Shown here piece after piece: positions 1 to 15,330 of a stretch of DNA of 64,000 nt. How positions within the stretch are numbered: position 1 is the first letter of the stretch; the number at the start of each line of letters is the position of its first letter. The notes below the pieces were generated by a model. That model worked only from the letters and a program-made list of their open reading frames with translations, did not search any database and was not told where the DNA came from. Both the position numbers and the translations under genes were made by a program. This DNA is from the human T2T-CHM13v2.0 reference genome, Homo sapiens. The stretch lies in the NCBI RefSeq assembly GCF_009914755.1, contig NC_060934.1; one strand, 5' to 3'.

Positions 1-44
1 TTGACAACCATCCAGAATATTCTCCTCTGACCCATACACTGGAG

Positions 45-264
45 CAGGGGTTGACAAACTTTTTCTATAATACACTAGACAGAAAGTATTTTCATTTTGG
101 AGGTCACACAGTCTGTCTCAACAACTGAGCTCTGCCATTGTAGTGCAAAAGCAGCCAGAGACAATATGTAAACAAATGGGCATGGCTGTGTTCCAATAAA
201 ACTTTATTTACAAAAGCTGGCAGTGGGCCAGATTGGCCCATAGGCTGTAGTCTGCCAACCCCTA
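45..264 (+). mobile_element. MER58A-type hAT-Charlie DNA transposon fossil
   Basis: Starts CAGGGGTTGACAAACTTTTTCT; contains GGCTGTGTTCCAATAAAACTTTATTTACAAAA; ends TGCCAACCCCTA; degenerate 8-bp TSD cactggag/cattagac. Confidence 0.85.
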
Positions 265-902
265 CATTAGACTATTACCTCCCTCTGTATCAAAAACCCA
301 CCTGCCCATGTCCCAGGCTGATAGGGATCTGCTTTCCAAGCCCAGTGATAACACGAGGCCCTTTTTACCTTCCTGAGTGATGATGCCTCAATCTGCTTTC
401 CCTCCCAGGTGCCACAGACACATTTACTGAGTCCTGATGGTCAATCTGTCTCACAGGAAGGGCTCCAATACTGGTGATTCTAGACACATCAGAGGCCTAG
501 AAGGGCCTGAGAGCAGAGATCATCCAATATATATTAATATGTGTTTTCCCATTTGTAAGCTTGGTCTAGTCATTCCACATGAGTGCTTCTCAACCTTTCT
601 TTACCTACGCTCCCCTTTGACCAATGAAAACAGCATGTTCTCTTTTACTGTTCTTTGAAATAAAAACTACATCAAAAATCTGACCAATAGGGGTAATCCC
701 TGATTTGTTTTAAACACACACACCCCATTTCCCACCACCACCACCAACCCCAACCACCCCACACCCTGATTTGGTCCTCTAGGGACACAGATCCCCCCAC
801 GCTCCCTTGGAATCCCTATTCTAAATAGTTGATATTGGCAGGATCCCAGTGTCTTAAATAATCACTGAATTTTAGAGTGGGAAAGAATCCAGAATACACT
901 CT

Positions 903-917
903 CCCACCCACCCACCC
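903..917 (-). other. Canonical G-quadruplex motif GGGTGGGTGGGTGGG
   Basis: + strand CCCACCCACCCACCC gives four G3 runs with 1-nt loops on the - strand. Confidence 0.7.
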
Positions 918-1039
918 ATTTAAGAAGTCCAAAGACTGTCTTCTTTAAGAACTCTGAGGGTCAAAGGCACACAGAAGATGGAGCAGCAGTTGTCTTGGGC
1001 AGTGGTGTGCCAGCTTGTGTTTGGGGCAACTTGTGGCAT

Positions 1040-1200
1040 GAAAATGACGTGTCTTCGCACAACAAAGCGGAAAATAGCAGTAAGTGTTCCGGGTAATTCA
1101 AACACCAGCTGTCTCTGTGGTTTCGGAGCTGTGGTTCGCTTCTTAATCAAAAGGCATTCGGCCTACAGGAAAGGGGTTCTATAAATCACAGGAAGTTTCA
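1040..1200. promoter_or_regulatory. Candidate enhancer (RUNX x2, ETS, E-box, CRE-like)
   Basis: TGTGGTT at 1116 and 1130, CAGCTG at 1106, ACAGGAAGT at 1188, TGACGT near 1045; several retained CpGs. Confidence 0.5.
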
Positions 1201-2501
1201 AGAAGTCAACAAAAGGATTCCAAGCAGGAGGCAGCCAGAAAGAGGGAAATCTGATCTTTGCCCATATTATTAAGTTAACATTTTTCTACCAACATTTGTC
1301 TTCTCCCCTCTAAAATTCCTCAACTGACTTTAAGGATAAAGAAGCAAATCTATCGTTGGCAAACCCTAGAGTGGGTGGGCCATGAGTCTGCTACTCACTC
1401 AAATATCAGCTTCAAGACAAAATATAATAACCCCAAATTAGCTCTTCCTCATGAGCAATAAATTATAAATAAGTTGAAGTTCACAGCCAGAGAACTTGAG
1501 ACAACCCTGATACAGCCTTAAAAAAAAAAAAATCACATCTCAGGTTACAATATAAAAGGCCTGTCTGGCTTTTTACTCAATATTATAGTTGTCATAATGG
1601 CGGTACATGTTCAGAAACTACCTCCTAGTGTTTTAGGAAACATTTCACGCTACTCTAATTCAGAGCATGGCCATCTGAAAATGTTCTCCCTGCCCTGGAA
1701 AGAGGCAGGCTGATGGGGGCTTTAATGCCAACTATTTGCACTTCTTACACCCATGAAAATATATGAACACCCTTACTTCTAAGCTACCTTTTGATTATTC
1801 CTAGAGTGAGGGAATTCACCCACAATTCTGTGTGCATATACATGCACAAACATGAATTTTTGGCACTACTTAGAAACACGCAAACATCCTCTCCCTTTGA
1901 GGTACACACGCAACAGCTACAAAGGGGTTTGAAATGATCAAAAAATCAGAGGTTCAGTGATTCTCATCATCAGCTTGTTTTACTTCAAACTTTCAAAGGA
2001 ACTGGGTTTGAGGAGGTGGAACCCAGCCACTAAGAACTGGAGGATTGAGCTCTGTGAAGACAGCTGGACTCGTTTCACCACATTTTTTCCCTTGCTCTGC
2101 TTTTCTGGCTTGTTACCTGGCTGGCTGGAGGCTAGAACTAGTGATGGTCTGGCATACACAGGTACAAACATGGGTGAGGCTCTTTATAATTATTCTTGGT
2201 AAACAGAGCTGACATGTGGGTAAATAATGTCACAGTTGCACTTGCTCAGGGCCAGGTGATGGTTTCCCTGGGGCTTTACAGCCTGGGAGATGGCCTGTCT
2301 GACCCTACCAAGAGAGCCACAGGCTTGGAACCATCCTCTGTTCTCCAGGCTGGCTGGCAACTGCTGCCAGTGAGGCTGTTTGGACCTATTACCTATAAAG
2401 GACTCATTTGGAGAGAATACTGCAATTGATTTCTCATTAATTACCTTCCTAATTCCAAAAAAGTTTTGAAACCTATAAGCATCAAATTGAATACACTAAA
2501 A

Positions 2502-2702
2502 CAGGAGTTGACACACTATGGCTGTAGACCAAATTCTGTCTGAGTAAATAAAGCTTTACTGAAACCCAGTTATGTCCATTCATCTACATATTGTCTACAG
2601 CTGTTTTGACTCTGCAAAGGAACAGGTAAGTAGCTGTAAGAGACCATGCAGCCTGAAATGGTTACTACCTGGACCTTTTACCAAAACGTTTGTGGGCTCC
2701 TG
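2502..2702 (-). mobile_element. MER58A-type hAT-Charlie fossil
   Basis: Reverse-complement MER58 body (GTAAATAAAGCTTTACTGAAAC...ATTGTCTACAGCTG); flanks cactaaaa/cactaggg resemble an 8-bp TSD. Confidence 0.75.
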
Positions 2703-2769
2703 CACTAGGGAGAGATAAAGAGATAAAATGCTGACAATCATTTAGTCTCAGGGTAGTCATTACATATTT

Positions 2770-3170
2770 ACTCACAAACTGAAGTAAAAATTGGGTTCAT
2801 CCTAAACAGCCAACAGTAGGGGAATGGCTGGGGAAATGTGGTTAACAAATGGTAGAATAGTATGCAGCCGTCGAAAGTCACATTCATGAATGCTTTTAAT
2901 AGCATAGCGAAGGACAAAATTTATTTAAGAGAAAAATGAAGAATACAAAATACATTACCAATCAATTTCAACTGAACAAAAATCTTTTTTTCAAAGGAAA
3001 AGGTACCAAATGGAAATGGTATATACCATTTAGCTTTAGCAATTGAGAAGTGGGAATTTGGGTGATATTTATTTTTCTCATTGTGCTTTTGGGGGAAGAT
3101 TTTTAGCCATTTCTACAACAAATGTTACTTTTATGAGAAGAAAATGATTATTTTGAGAATAAGAATTTAA
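2770..3170 (+). mobile_element. Ancient L1 (L1ME-type) 3' end fragment
   Basis: CCAACAGTAGGGGAATGG...AGAATAGTATGCAGCC resembles the L1M 3' region; A-rich. Confidence 0.5.
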
Positions 3171-3182
3171 AAAAAGAATTCA

Positions 3183-3476
<294 letters not shown>

Positions 3477-3832
3477 TTAGGGTTGGAGAAACTGTTCTTG
3501 GGAAAAATGATCTTTTTGCTATGCTCCTGGTGCCAGATGAAAGAAAGGAAGAAAGAAAAAGTGAGTGGCAGAGAGTAGGCAAAGGTGACATGATTCTCTA
3601 TTAAAAAAAAAAAAAAAAAAGAAAAAAAGTTTCCAGTAAAGAGAAATGTTTTCCTAGGCAAAAAGTTGTAAGGAGGAATAGCTTCCATGTACGCAAGCAA
3701 GGCCTTCAATGATGAAAGCAAAGCTTCCTGAGCTGATTACTAACTGCTTCTCTGGCTGGAGATATTCACAGACTGAGGTAACCATGAATACTTCTGGGAA
3801 GGGTTCAGAGTGGTCCCTCTCTGGGTTTTCAA

Positions 3833-3879
3833 ACAAACAAACAAAAACAGCAACAGCAACAACAACAACAACAACAAAA
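3833..3879 (+). repeat. Compound (AAAC)/(CAA)n microsatellite
   Basis: aaacaaacaaac...aacaacaacaacaacaac. Confidence 0.85.
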
Positions 3880-5034
3880 CAGACATCCCCCAAAACTCCT
3901 TAGAAATATTGACTAAACACTCATGAGAAAAACCATGACCTGGAATGTTTAGTATCACTTACAATACCAAAAACAATGCTAGTGTCTTAATTTGAATTAA
4001 GTGCATACTTTTTGCTGTATTCATAATTGTGCAGAGCTGCCTAATAGCAAATTGCAGCTAAAAGAACTGACAGACTGAAGTGTTCAAATTATAGATTTTG
4101 CTGGGTTTTCTTTCCAGACGAGACATTGAAATGCTATACGGCAAAGTAATAGAAGGTTGCAGAATATGTGGTTAAGCAGACCCTTCCATGGGTCTTTTAC
4201 TTTCCATTTATTCCTACACAAAGCTCTTGACCAAAGATGCAGAAAAGAAAGCAGATAATTATTAAATTGTACAAAATAACTTCAAATATAAAGAAAACAA
4301 AAGCGAAAGACAAAGAAAACAATCTATTCTATAAAAGCCTGTCAACTTTCTTTCTTCCCTCCATCGTGGAGGCAAAGAAACACAGCATTACAGTTCCCTG
4401 ACATCACAAGAAATCGCTTAGAGTGGGAATCCAAGCCCTCTTTAGCCAAATTAATTGAGGAATGAGGTTTGATTACTATTAAAAGCAGAAAGTAGGGCAA
4501 ACTTAGAGACAGTCATATATCACCCAGTTTCTACAGCCCTGAAAGACAGTCTTTGAAAGGAACTACCCACAATGAAAAGCAGAAGGAAAATGTGTCGAAA
4601 GCAGTTAAATCCCAGGCACAATGACCGCGCTGCTCACGTCTAGAGATCTAACATCTAACTAGGAGAATGGAGTCTCCCTACCTCTAGACCAAGCGCAGAA
4701 TACTCCTTGTGCCAATTAGTCAGTAAGCCTGCTTGTCCTGATTTAGATGAAAAGCTTAGCTAGAAACTCACATCCAGTAAGTCTGTGAGTTAACAGGTGA
4801 ACGAGAAGTCAGCCTTGATCAAAAATGACAATATTACTTGCATGTAGCCTTTTTCATACATTGCAAGGAAGTATGCTGATGGTGAAAAGGGGATTTAGAG
4901 GCTGTTCCATTCAAAAATGCAAAGATATACTCAAACTGAAATTGCATCTCTTTTGGAGTGGCACCATGGATTTTCCAATATAGGAGAACCATAGGGTCAG
5001 CAGCCTGTCTTAAATGAGGACAGAAACTTTTCTT

Positions 5035-5697
5035 TCTTTTTTTTTAAAAAATTTTATTATTATTATATTTTAAGTTTTAGGGTACATGTGCACAACGTGC
5101 AGGTTTGTTACATATGTATACATGTGCCATGTTGGTGTGCTGCACCCATTAACTCGTCATTTAGCATTAGGTATATCTCCTAATGCTATCCCTCCCCCCT
5201 CCCCCCACCCCACAACAGTCCCCGGTGTGTGATGTTCCCCTTCCTGTGTCCGTGTGTTCTCATTGTTCAATTCCCACCTATGAGTGAGAACATGCGGTGT
5301 TTGGTTTTTTGTCCTTGCTAGAAGACATTTATGCAGCCAAAAAACACATGAAAAAATGCTCATCATCACTGGTCATCAGAGAAATGCAAATCAAAACCAC
5401 AATGAGATACCATCTCACACCCATTAGAATGGCGATCATTAAAAAGTCAGGAAACAACAGGTGCTGGAGAGGATGTGGAGAAATAGGAACACTTTTACAC
5501 TGTTGGTGGGACTGTAAACTAGTTCAACCATTGTGGAAGTCAGTGTGGCGATTCCTCAGGGATCTAGAACTAGAAATACCATTTGACCCAGCCATCCCAT
5601 TACTGGGTATATACCCAAAGGATTATAAATCATGCAGCTATAAAGACACATGCACGCGTATGTTTATTGCGGCACTATTCACGATAGCAAAGACATG
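5035..5697 (-). mobile_element. L1PA (about PA3-PA5) insertion, 5'-truncated with 5' inversion (twin priming)
   Basis: 5035-5318 is the antisense L1 3'UTR with poly-T; 5320-5697 is a + oriented ORF2 C-terminal piece (HMKKCSSSL...[32 protein letters not shown]); 12-bp TSD GAAACTTTTCTT at 5023-5034 and 5698-5709. Confidence 0.95.
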
Positions 5698-6016
5698 GAA
5701 ACTTTTCTTGAAGTTGCATCTGCACAGCAAACATACTGTTCTTTTTAAGTTAGAGATTTTGTTACTAGCAAGTAAAAATAAAGATGGCTTTATTCATGTT
5801 TTACATAAAATAGAGAAAATATCAGTTTTCCATGTTAAGGAATACTCTTATTTTTACTTGGGGATAGCTTTGGGAAGGGGTAATAGAGAATATGGCCATC
5901 AATCCCCCCTGCAAAGCTACCCCAAGTTACCACCTTAAGAGCAGAATAGTTTATTTTAAAATACCATATTTCATCAAACATAAAATGCTATTAATTCAAA
6001 GATGTATTTTTATGTT

Positions 6017-6131
6017 AAAGAGAAGAAGAAAGAAAGAGAAAGAAAGAAAGAGAAAGAGAAAGAGAGGAAGGAAGAAAGGAAGAAAGGAGGGAAGGAAGGA
6101 AGGAGGGAAGGAAGAAAGGAAAGAAGGAAGA
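6017..6131 (+). repeat. Pure-purine (GAAA/GGAA) low-complexity tract
   Basis: About 115 nt with no pyrimidine. Confidence 0.9.
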
Positions 6132-7299
6132 TTATGAATGGTTAAGACACCACTGACTATAAGAAGCATCATGATTTCAAGAATATTGAGGTGGAAAAAA
6201 TACATATATCAGAATTGGTGAAATATGTTAGGTTTTCAAATGACTGATATTCAGAGTCACTCACACTTCACCAGTCCTTTCAGAAGATACCTGGGTTGAA
6301 AATGTTGTATTTCAGATCTTTCCGAGCAAGAGAAGGCTTATTTACTTACTTACTTACCAGTAACTCCTTTCTACAGCCATGCAAAAGCAAAGTAGCAATC
6401 TGTGACCTGAGTTGGTTGGCGACTAAACGAATACTTGGTAATTAAACATTTTGGTTTAATATCAACATGATATTAAACACTATTGACTCTTTAATGATAT
6501 ATTTAGTATCTCAAGGTTGTAACTGTAAACATTATTGTCCACTGTGCAATGGTAATGAGAAAGTCTCAAATAACAAATAATCCCAATAGCTAATACTTTA
6601 GGGCCTTCTCTACTTCTAAAACGTTGTTATTGGAAAATAGGAATTGCCAAAATTGGTTGACCCAGGACCTGTCCAGCTCTACAATCTGTTACCATGGTAG
6701 CCCTGAGATACTCATGGTGGAAGGACACAGCTGTGCCCTTGTATCAACCTCTTTCATTTCACAGAAGCACGCCTTAGATACTCTCGGTAACTATTTGTGA
6801 TTTTGTAACCCACATAATTTTCCAGACTCCTATGAATTCACTTTTTTCTCCTACATGTACCATCACATCATAAATAAAACGAAGGCCTTTGACAATAACC
6901 CAGCCCCAGTTGCTACAGTATTCCTGAGAAATTGTTGCCCAGTCTCATAGCTGGCACAAAGTAAGCCCCCAATAAACAGCTGTTGAAAGACGGAACATGC
7001 CATTTCTAGATCAACATTCAAGGTAGGCTCTGATAAGCCCAAAGAAAAAAAATGGAAGATCATGACCTTGGTTTTAAACTCTAGATTTCTATTAACACTG
7101 CTTCAGATCATGTTACCCTTAATTTAGCTACAACACACCCCTGACTCATACTGAGTCCACTGAGACCCCAAACAAGACAACCCTCATCCTATATTTGTGG
7201 GTTCAGTTCTGAACCTAAGAGTAGAATTTTATCTACATCTCCAAAGGCAAAATGTGTTTCTCTCTTAGGGGCCCAGCCTGAGCTGTGATGACTAGTTGT

Positions 7300-7437
7300 C
7301 TTCAAGAGTACACAGCAACATAAGCTCCTGGGAGCAGGACCTTGGCAAGATGGTTTTCTACTGTGTTGCCAGCACTGGAGAATGGGGCATGTTACACAGC
7401 AGACGCTCAGTGAATATTTTCTAAATGAATGAGTGAG
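7300..7437 (+). mobile_element. L2 3' end
   Basis: TAAGCTCCTGGGAGCAGGACC...CAGACGCTCAGTGAATATTT...AATGAATGA tail. Confidence 0.6.
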
Positions 7438-7557
7438 CCCCATCACACTTTATTTTATTAGATTTGGTCCATTATTTAAGTTGCTTAGGATTCTTGGGGA
7501 TCTTGAGCCTATCGTCAACTGTAACAGGAATCTTGCAACTCATCCTACTGTCTACAC

Positions 7558-8200
7558 CAGGGGTCTGCACACCAACCCTGCAGGCCAGGTCCACACTGTC
7601 ACCTTCTTTTGTACAGCCTGCAAGCTAAGAATGACTTTTACATTTTTATTTTTAATTGATTGATTGAGACAGAGTCTTGCTCTGTCACCCAGGCTGAAGT
7701 GCAGTGATGCAATCTCTGCACACTGCAACTTCCGCCTCCTGGGCTCAAGCAATCCCCCCACCTCAGTGTCCTGAGTAACTAGGACTATAGTCATATGCCA
7801 CCACACTCCGCTAATATTTGTATTTTTTGTAGAGGTAGGATCTCGCTATGTTGCCCAAGCTAGCTCAAACTCTTGGGCTCAAGCGGTCCACTCATCTCCA
7901 GCCTCCCAAAGTGGTGGGATTACTGGTGTGAACCACTGGACCCAGCAGACTTTTACATGTTTAAATCACAGGAGGAGAAACTCCAATGAAGAATCACTTT
8001 TCATGATCAGTAAAAATGAGATGATAGACAAATTTTAGTTTTCAAAAATAAGGTTGTATTGGAATACAACCACACTTGTTTATGTATAACCATTGGCTCT
8101 TCCAAACTATAGTAGCAGAATAAAGCAGTTGTAACAGAGATCATACAGCTTGCAAAACCTAAAATATTTACCGTGTGGCCCTTCAGAGAATAAGCCTGCA
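7558..8200 (-). mobile_element. MER58B-type hAT fossil, split by an AluJ
   Basis: CAGGGGTCTGC start, GCAAGCTAAGAATG..TTTTACATTT before the Alu; resumes after the Alu and runs to CAAAACCTAAAATATTTAC..TGGCCCTT. Confidence 0.75.
7644..7947 (-). mobile_element. AluJ
   Basis: Antisense Alu with J-type GGGCTCAAGCAATCC motifs; TSD GACTTTTACAT at 7633-7643 and 7948-7958. Confidence 0.93.
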
Positions 8201-9439
8201 CACAAAATGAGTAGATAATGGCCTCCTCTAAACAATCAGTTAAAATGTTGAATAGAGTGAGGGCAAGGGCTGAAGTCTGAGCTGTGTGCACACTCTGGAG
8301 ACCTCTTCCAGTTGGATTCAACTCACTAAGACCAACTCTTGGGGTAGTCCCCAACTCTTAGCTCCCATTTCTCCATCATGTCCCCAAAGACTTCTCGAGA
8401 GGTTGTTGAAACCCAGGAGGTAGAGAGGATGATGGGTTCCTGAGTATTGCAGCCCTCATTCTATCTGCTCTCCAATGCAGGGAATAGGTCCAGGAGACAT
8501 TCACTCTCAGGCAGGTGAAGTACTTAAGCAACAGTACAGGACCATCATGTGCAAGAATGCAAGTTCCTGTAGTCAGTTCAATGGAATAACGTGAGCATTT
8601 GCTGCGTACTCAGTAATAGGCTAGACCTTGGAGAACGGGCTCTACAATAAGCAGTCCTTCTGTTCTCTGCCTTCCATGAAGGCCCACAATTCTGCCTCCC
8701 TCATGCCCATCTTGTCACTGTCCCGTTAAACACAGGCTGTCTCCTTGCTGGAATCTTAACCTATTAGATGAACTATTTCTGAGGCTAAATGGCTTGAAAA
8801 AGAAAAATAACATCAGCCTTAAATAACAAACCCCCTTTGGCTCCCAAGGGCAAGAGGAGGAAACCTCTCTACTAAACTATAGAGAGGAGATGAATTAATA
8901 TTCTGAATCAATTATCTTTTATTTCTCTCATGTAACAGATCATTTGGTTTCCATAAAATCTTAGCCATTGCCTTCTGGAAAAAATTCATGGAGCCAACAA
9001 GAAAAAAGGAGGAAATGATTATAAAGACATCTCTGTCAACAACACTAATTTATTGAAATCCCTTCAAAGCTCCAAGCAGTGGCGCCTGAACAGCTTGGAC
9101 CCCTATTCTCTCGCTGATTGCCCCTGCCTTTCATTCATCCTCTGGTAATTGCTGACTCCCATGGAGGAGGGAGGTGTGATACAGGGGCATATGTGCAGGT
9201 GAATGCTCATTCTGGAGAGAAAAAATACTTGATCTAAGGAAAAAGAAAGCTTGGGAGACATCCCATAACACTCATTGGCAGTGAAGATGGATTTGCCTAG
9301 GAATAAACCACAGAATGCTAAAGTGGCACTTGCTGTCAAATGTTCAGACCACAGAATCAAAGGAGGAAGAAAGAGTCGATGGAAAATATGAAGCAGAAGG
9401 AGGCCCATTTCAACCCTGGAAGCAGTGGCTATGAGTGCT

Positions 9440-9730
9440 AAGAGCTGGCATCAATACAAGACCTGCTTCCCCCAGGAAGCCCTCTCAGATCCCTCCACAT
9501 CTCACAGATCTCCCCCTTGGCAAACCTCCCTTAGCATTTATCTCCTGCAATAATTATTTTCACCCTTAACAGCAAACTGCTTTGACCAGTGAGCTAAGTC
9601 TCAGCTACTGCCTAGAGTGTTAAGTTGCTAGTGCTGCTATGGATAATGTTTTGATTCCTTATATAACTGAGAGCACCTGAGCACATATAGTTTAACTACA
9701 TAATATTTATCAAAAGAATGAAAAGTGGGA
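9440..9730 (+). mobile_element. L2 3' fragment
   Basis: CCCCAGGAAGCCCTCTC...CTAGAGTGTTAAGTTGC...ATAATATTTATCAAAAGAATGAA. Confidence 0.45.
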
Positions 9731-9959
9731 AAATGGCCACTTTCTTCCTTTGATAAATCCAAAGTGGGCATTTTCTAAAGGTGGTGTGCCCTCTGCACAA
9801 GACAGACACACCTCCTACCCTTCTGGCTTTTAGTTGACTGCTTTTAAAATGCCATCAATTTTAAATGGAGCTTTTCTTTCTGATGACTGCAGAAGTGATT
9901 GACAGCTGTGAACCCCTTGAGCCACTGAGATGTTCTGTTGCAGAAAGAAGGATGACGTG

Positions 9960-10312
<353 letters not shown>

Positions 10313-10639
10313 CTACAGTGCCATCCCTTCCAGCAACTGGTGACCTCATTGTAGTAATGTCAGCATTTCCAGATACCAAGGGGTTTTTATCCAAATAGTT
10401 AAGTAATATTTTAATCTTTTTTCTATCTTAACATAAGCAAGACAAAAATCTGCACTATTGGTGGTTTTATATTAGGATATTCCAGAATATCCCCATTATG
10501 CACCCTATTATGCACCCCAACACATAGAGGAAAAAAACATAAAGGTAGTCATATATTGTTCTATTTTATTAAATGTTGCTTTCTTTTACTTTGGGTTGCA
10601 GACTTTGGTATGTTTTTATTAAAGTATAATAATGGCAAA

Positions 10640-12490
<1,851 letters not shown>

Positions 12491-13305
12491 AGTAAAGGCT
12501 AAACAATTAGAAAATAAAAATTAAAGTATTTTTATACCATTTCAACAGCATCTAAAAACAGTAAATGCTTAGGTATAAATCAAGTAGTTATCCAAGCACT
12601 CTACAGTGAAAACTACAAAACATTGCTAAGGAAAATAAAGAAAACCTCAGTAAATAGATTGCATGTCCTTAAATTAGAAAACTTTTATATAGTTAACATG
12701 TAAGTTCTCTCCAAAATAACGAATAGATTTAATGCAATCCTAAATAAATCCCAGCAAGTATTTTTGTGGAAGTTAATAAACTGATTCTAAATTTATATTG
12801 AAATGAAAATCAACATAAATTGAGGCCTTAGAGACAATCTTGATGAATAGAATTGAAGAACTTACATTAGAAGACATCAAGTTTTATTATAAAGCTACTG
12901 TATTTAAGATAGGATATATTGGTACAAGAGTAGCCAAATAAAACAACAGAATCGAATAAGGCACCATACCAGACACTCACATAGATGATCACTTGATTTA
13001 TGGGAGGGCTACTGAAGTACAATGGAAAAAGGGCATTGCTTTCAGTAAACTGTTCTAAGTAATTTGGATATTCATTTGGAAAAATTAACTTCATATCCTA
13101 TATAAAAATTAATTTAGGATAGGCCCTGTATCTAATGTGAAATATAAAACAGCAAAGCTTCTGGAAGAAAACATAGTATAATATCTTATGATTTGGGGGT
13201 AAGCAAACATCTCTTAAACAGGATATAAAAAGCACTACCATAGAAGGAAACATTAATTGAACTTCATTAAAATAAATCGCTTTCTTTCATCAAAATACAA
13301 CATTA

Positions 13306-13440
13306 AGTCTGGGTGTAGTGGCTCACACCTGTAATCCTAGGTACTGAGGAGGCTAAGGCAGGAGGATTGCTTGAGACCAGGAGATAAGACCAGCCTGGAC
13401 AATATAGCAAGAACTTTCTCAAAAAAACAAACAAAATAAA
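13306..13440 (+). mobile_element. FLAM (free left Alu monomer)
   Basis: Single monomer with GGAGGATTGCTTGAG..CAGGAG..AAGACCAGCCTGGACAATATAGCAAGA and an A-rich tail. Confidence 0.85.
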
Positions 13441-13456
13441 ATATGAAGAGAGTAAA

Positions 13457-13509
13457 AAGGCAACATATTGGAAGAAGATATCCAAGGCAACATATTGGAA
13501 GAAGATATC
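13457..13509 (+). repeat. 27-bp-period tandem duplication inside L1ME
   Basis: AAGGCAACATATTGGAAGAAGATATC occurs twice (13457 and 13484). Confidence 0.9.
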
Positions 13510-13900
13510 TGCAATATAAACATCTGACAAGGACCTGTATCCAGAATATGTGAAGAACTCCAAGAAAGCAACAAGAAGACAGACTTACAAACCAATTTCT
13601 TAAACAGGCAAAGGATACAACAGGCACTCACAAAAGATAAGCACATGCAAATTTGCTTAAGATTATTGGTCATAATTTGAAGAAACCCAAGTTAAAACCA
13701 CAATGAAATAAAGTACACACCCACCAGAATGGGGAAATGTAATGGACTAACGATTCCAAGTGCTTATGAAGATATGGGGCACTGCTGGTGAGTATAAAAT
13801 GGTATTACCGTAAAGGAAACTCCCCACAGTATCTACTAAAGCCAAAGATACATTTACCTGATGACTCAGCAATTTTATTTACAGGCATATACACGATGTT

Positions 13901-14207
<307 letters not shown>

Positions 14208-14739
14208 CTATGTCCTCCAAAAACATAAGTGAAAATATTGACAGAAGTACCATACACAATACCCCAAAACTATAAACAACCCAAGTGACCATCCACAGTG
14301 GAACAGATGCATTATGGTAGTATCAGACCATGGAATACTATAAAGCAATAAAAATAGAAAATACTGCTATATACAACAACATAGATGAAGCTTACAGACT
14401 AAATGCTAAGCAAAAGAAGAGACAAACAAGAGTACCTAATGTGTGACTCCATTTGTATGACAAAATTCTAAATAGGTAAAACTAGTCTGACCTACCAATC
14501 TAGAGGTCAGGCTGTCTGGTTACCTCTGGGGAAGTAGTTATTGACTTGGAGGAGCATCAGAAAAGTCTGCTGGGAGGCTAGAAATGTTCTATATTTTGAT
14601 CTGAGTGGTGATTAAACAGGTGTGTGCATATATAAAAATGAATAAAGCTATAAACTTAAGATGTGTGCACTTTATTGTATGTAATCTATACCTCAATAAA
14701 AAAGATTAAGAATGAAAAAACTGAATGTAAAACAGACAT

Positions 14740-15330
14740 TTCTAAGATATTAAGAGAATATCAAATTCATACTCATAGTAGACTATAAAAGAGACCATAA
14801 TTGAGATGTTATTACACCTTTCTCAGTAATAGAACAACCAGACCCCCCACCAAAAAAAAGGGTAAGGGCATAGATATTGACAAAATAATTAACTAACTTG
14901 ACTATAGATATAGAGATCTGGAGAATACCTATGTATCAATTGACATAAATAGAACACCAAACTCCAAAATGCAACCCTGTACTACAGTGAAAAGTTACTG
15001 CCACACACAATTGCATGAATGAATTTCACCACCAGAATGAGGCATACAACAAAGAATACATCCTGTATGAATCCAATTATAGAAAGTTCAAAAGCAAGCG
15101 AATTAATTGTTGGCAATACCAGTCAGGGTAACTGACCTTTGGAGAGTCGGCCTGGGAAGAGGGGGTTATCCAGAGGGTCATTAATATTCTTTCTTGATCT
15201 GGGTACTGGTTACAGCTGTTCTGATTGCATGAGTGTCCTCATTTTGTAAAAGTTGATCAAACTATGCACTTATGATTTGTCCACTTTTCTATATATATGT
15301 TCCACTTCAATTAAAGTTTACTTTAAAACA
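14740..15330 (+). mobile_element. Ancient L1M fragments (ORF2 start and L1ME 3' end)
   Basis: ACACCTTTCTCAGTAATAGAACAACCAGAC (endonuclease-region-like); TTCTTGATCTGGGTACTGGTTACA...GCACTTATGATTTGT...CTTCAATTAAAGTTT (L1ME 3'UTR-like). Confidence 0.6.

Noticed and set aside
5297-5938. Longest ORF (213 aa) as a gene
   Set aside because: It is the inverted L1 ORF2 C-terminal fragment running into flanking DNA; it has no promoter or independent coding signal.
6060-6131. EWS-FLI1-type GGAA microsatellite
   Set aside because: At most about 3 consecutive GGAA units, too interrupted.
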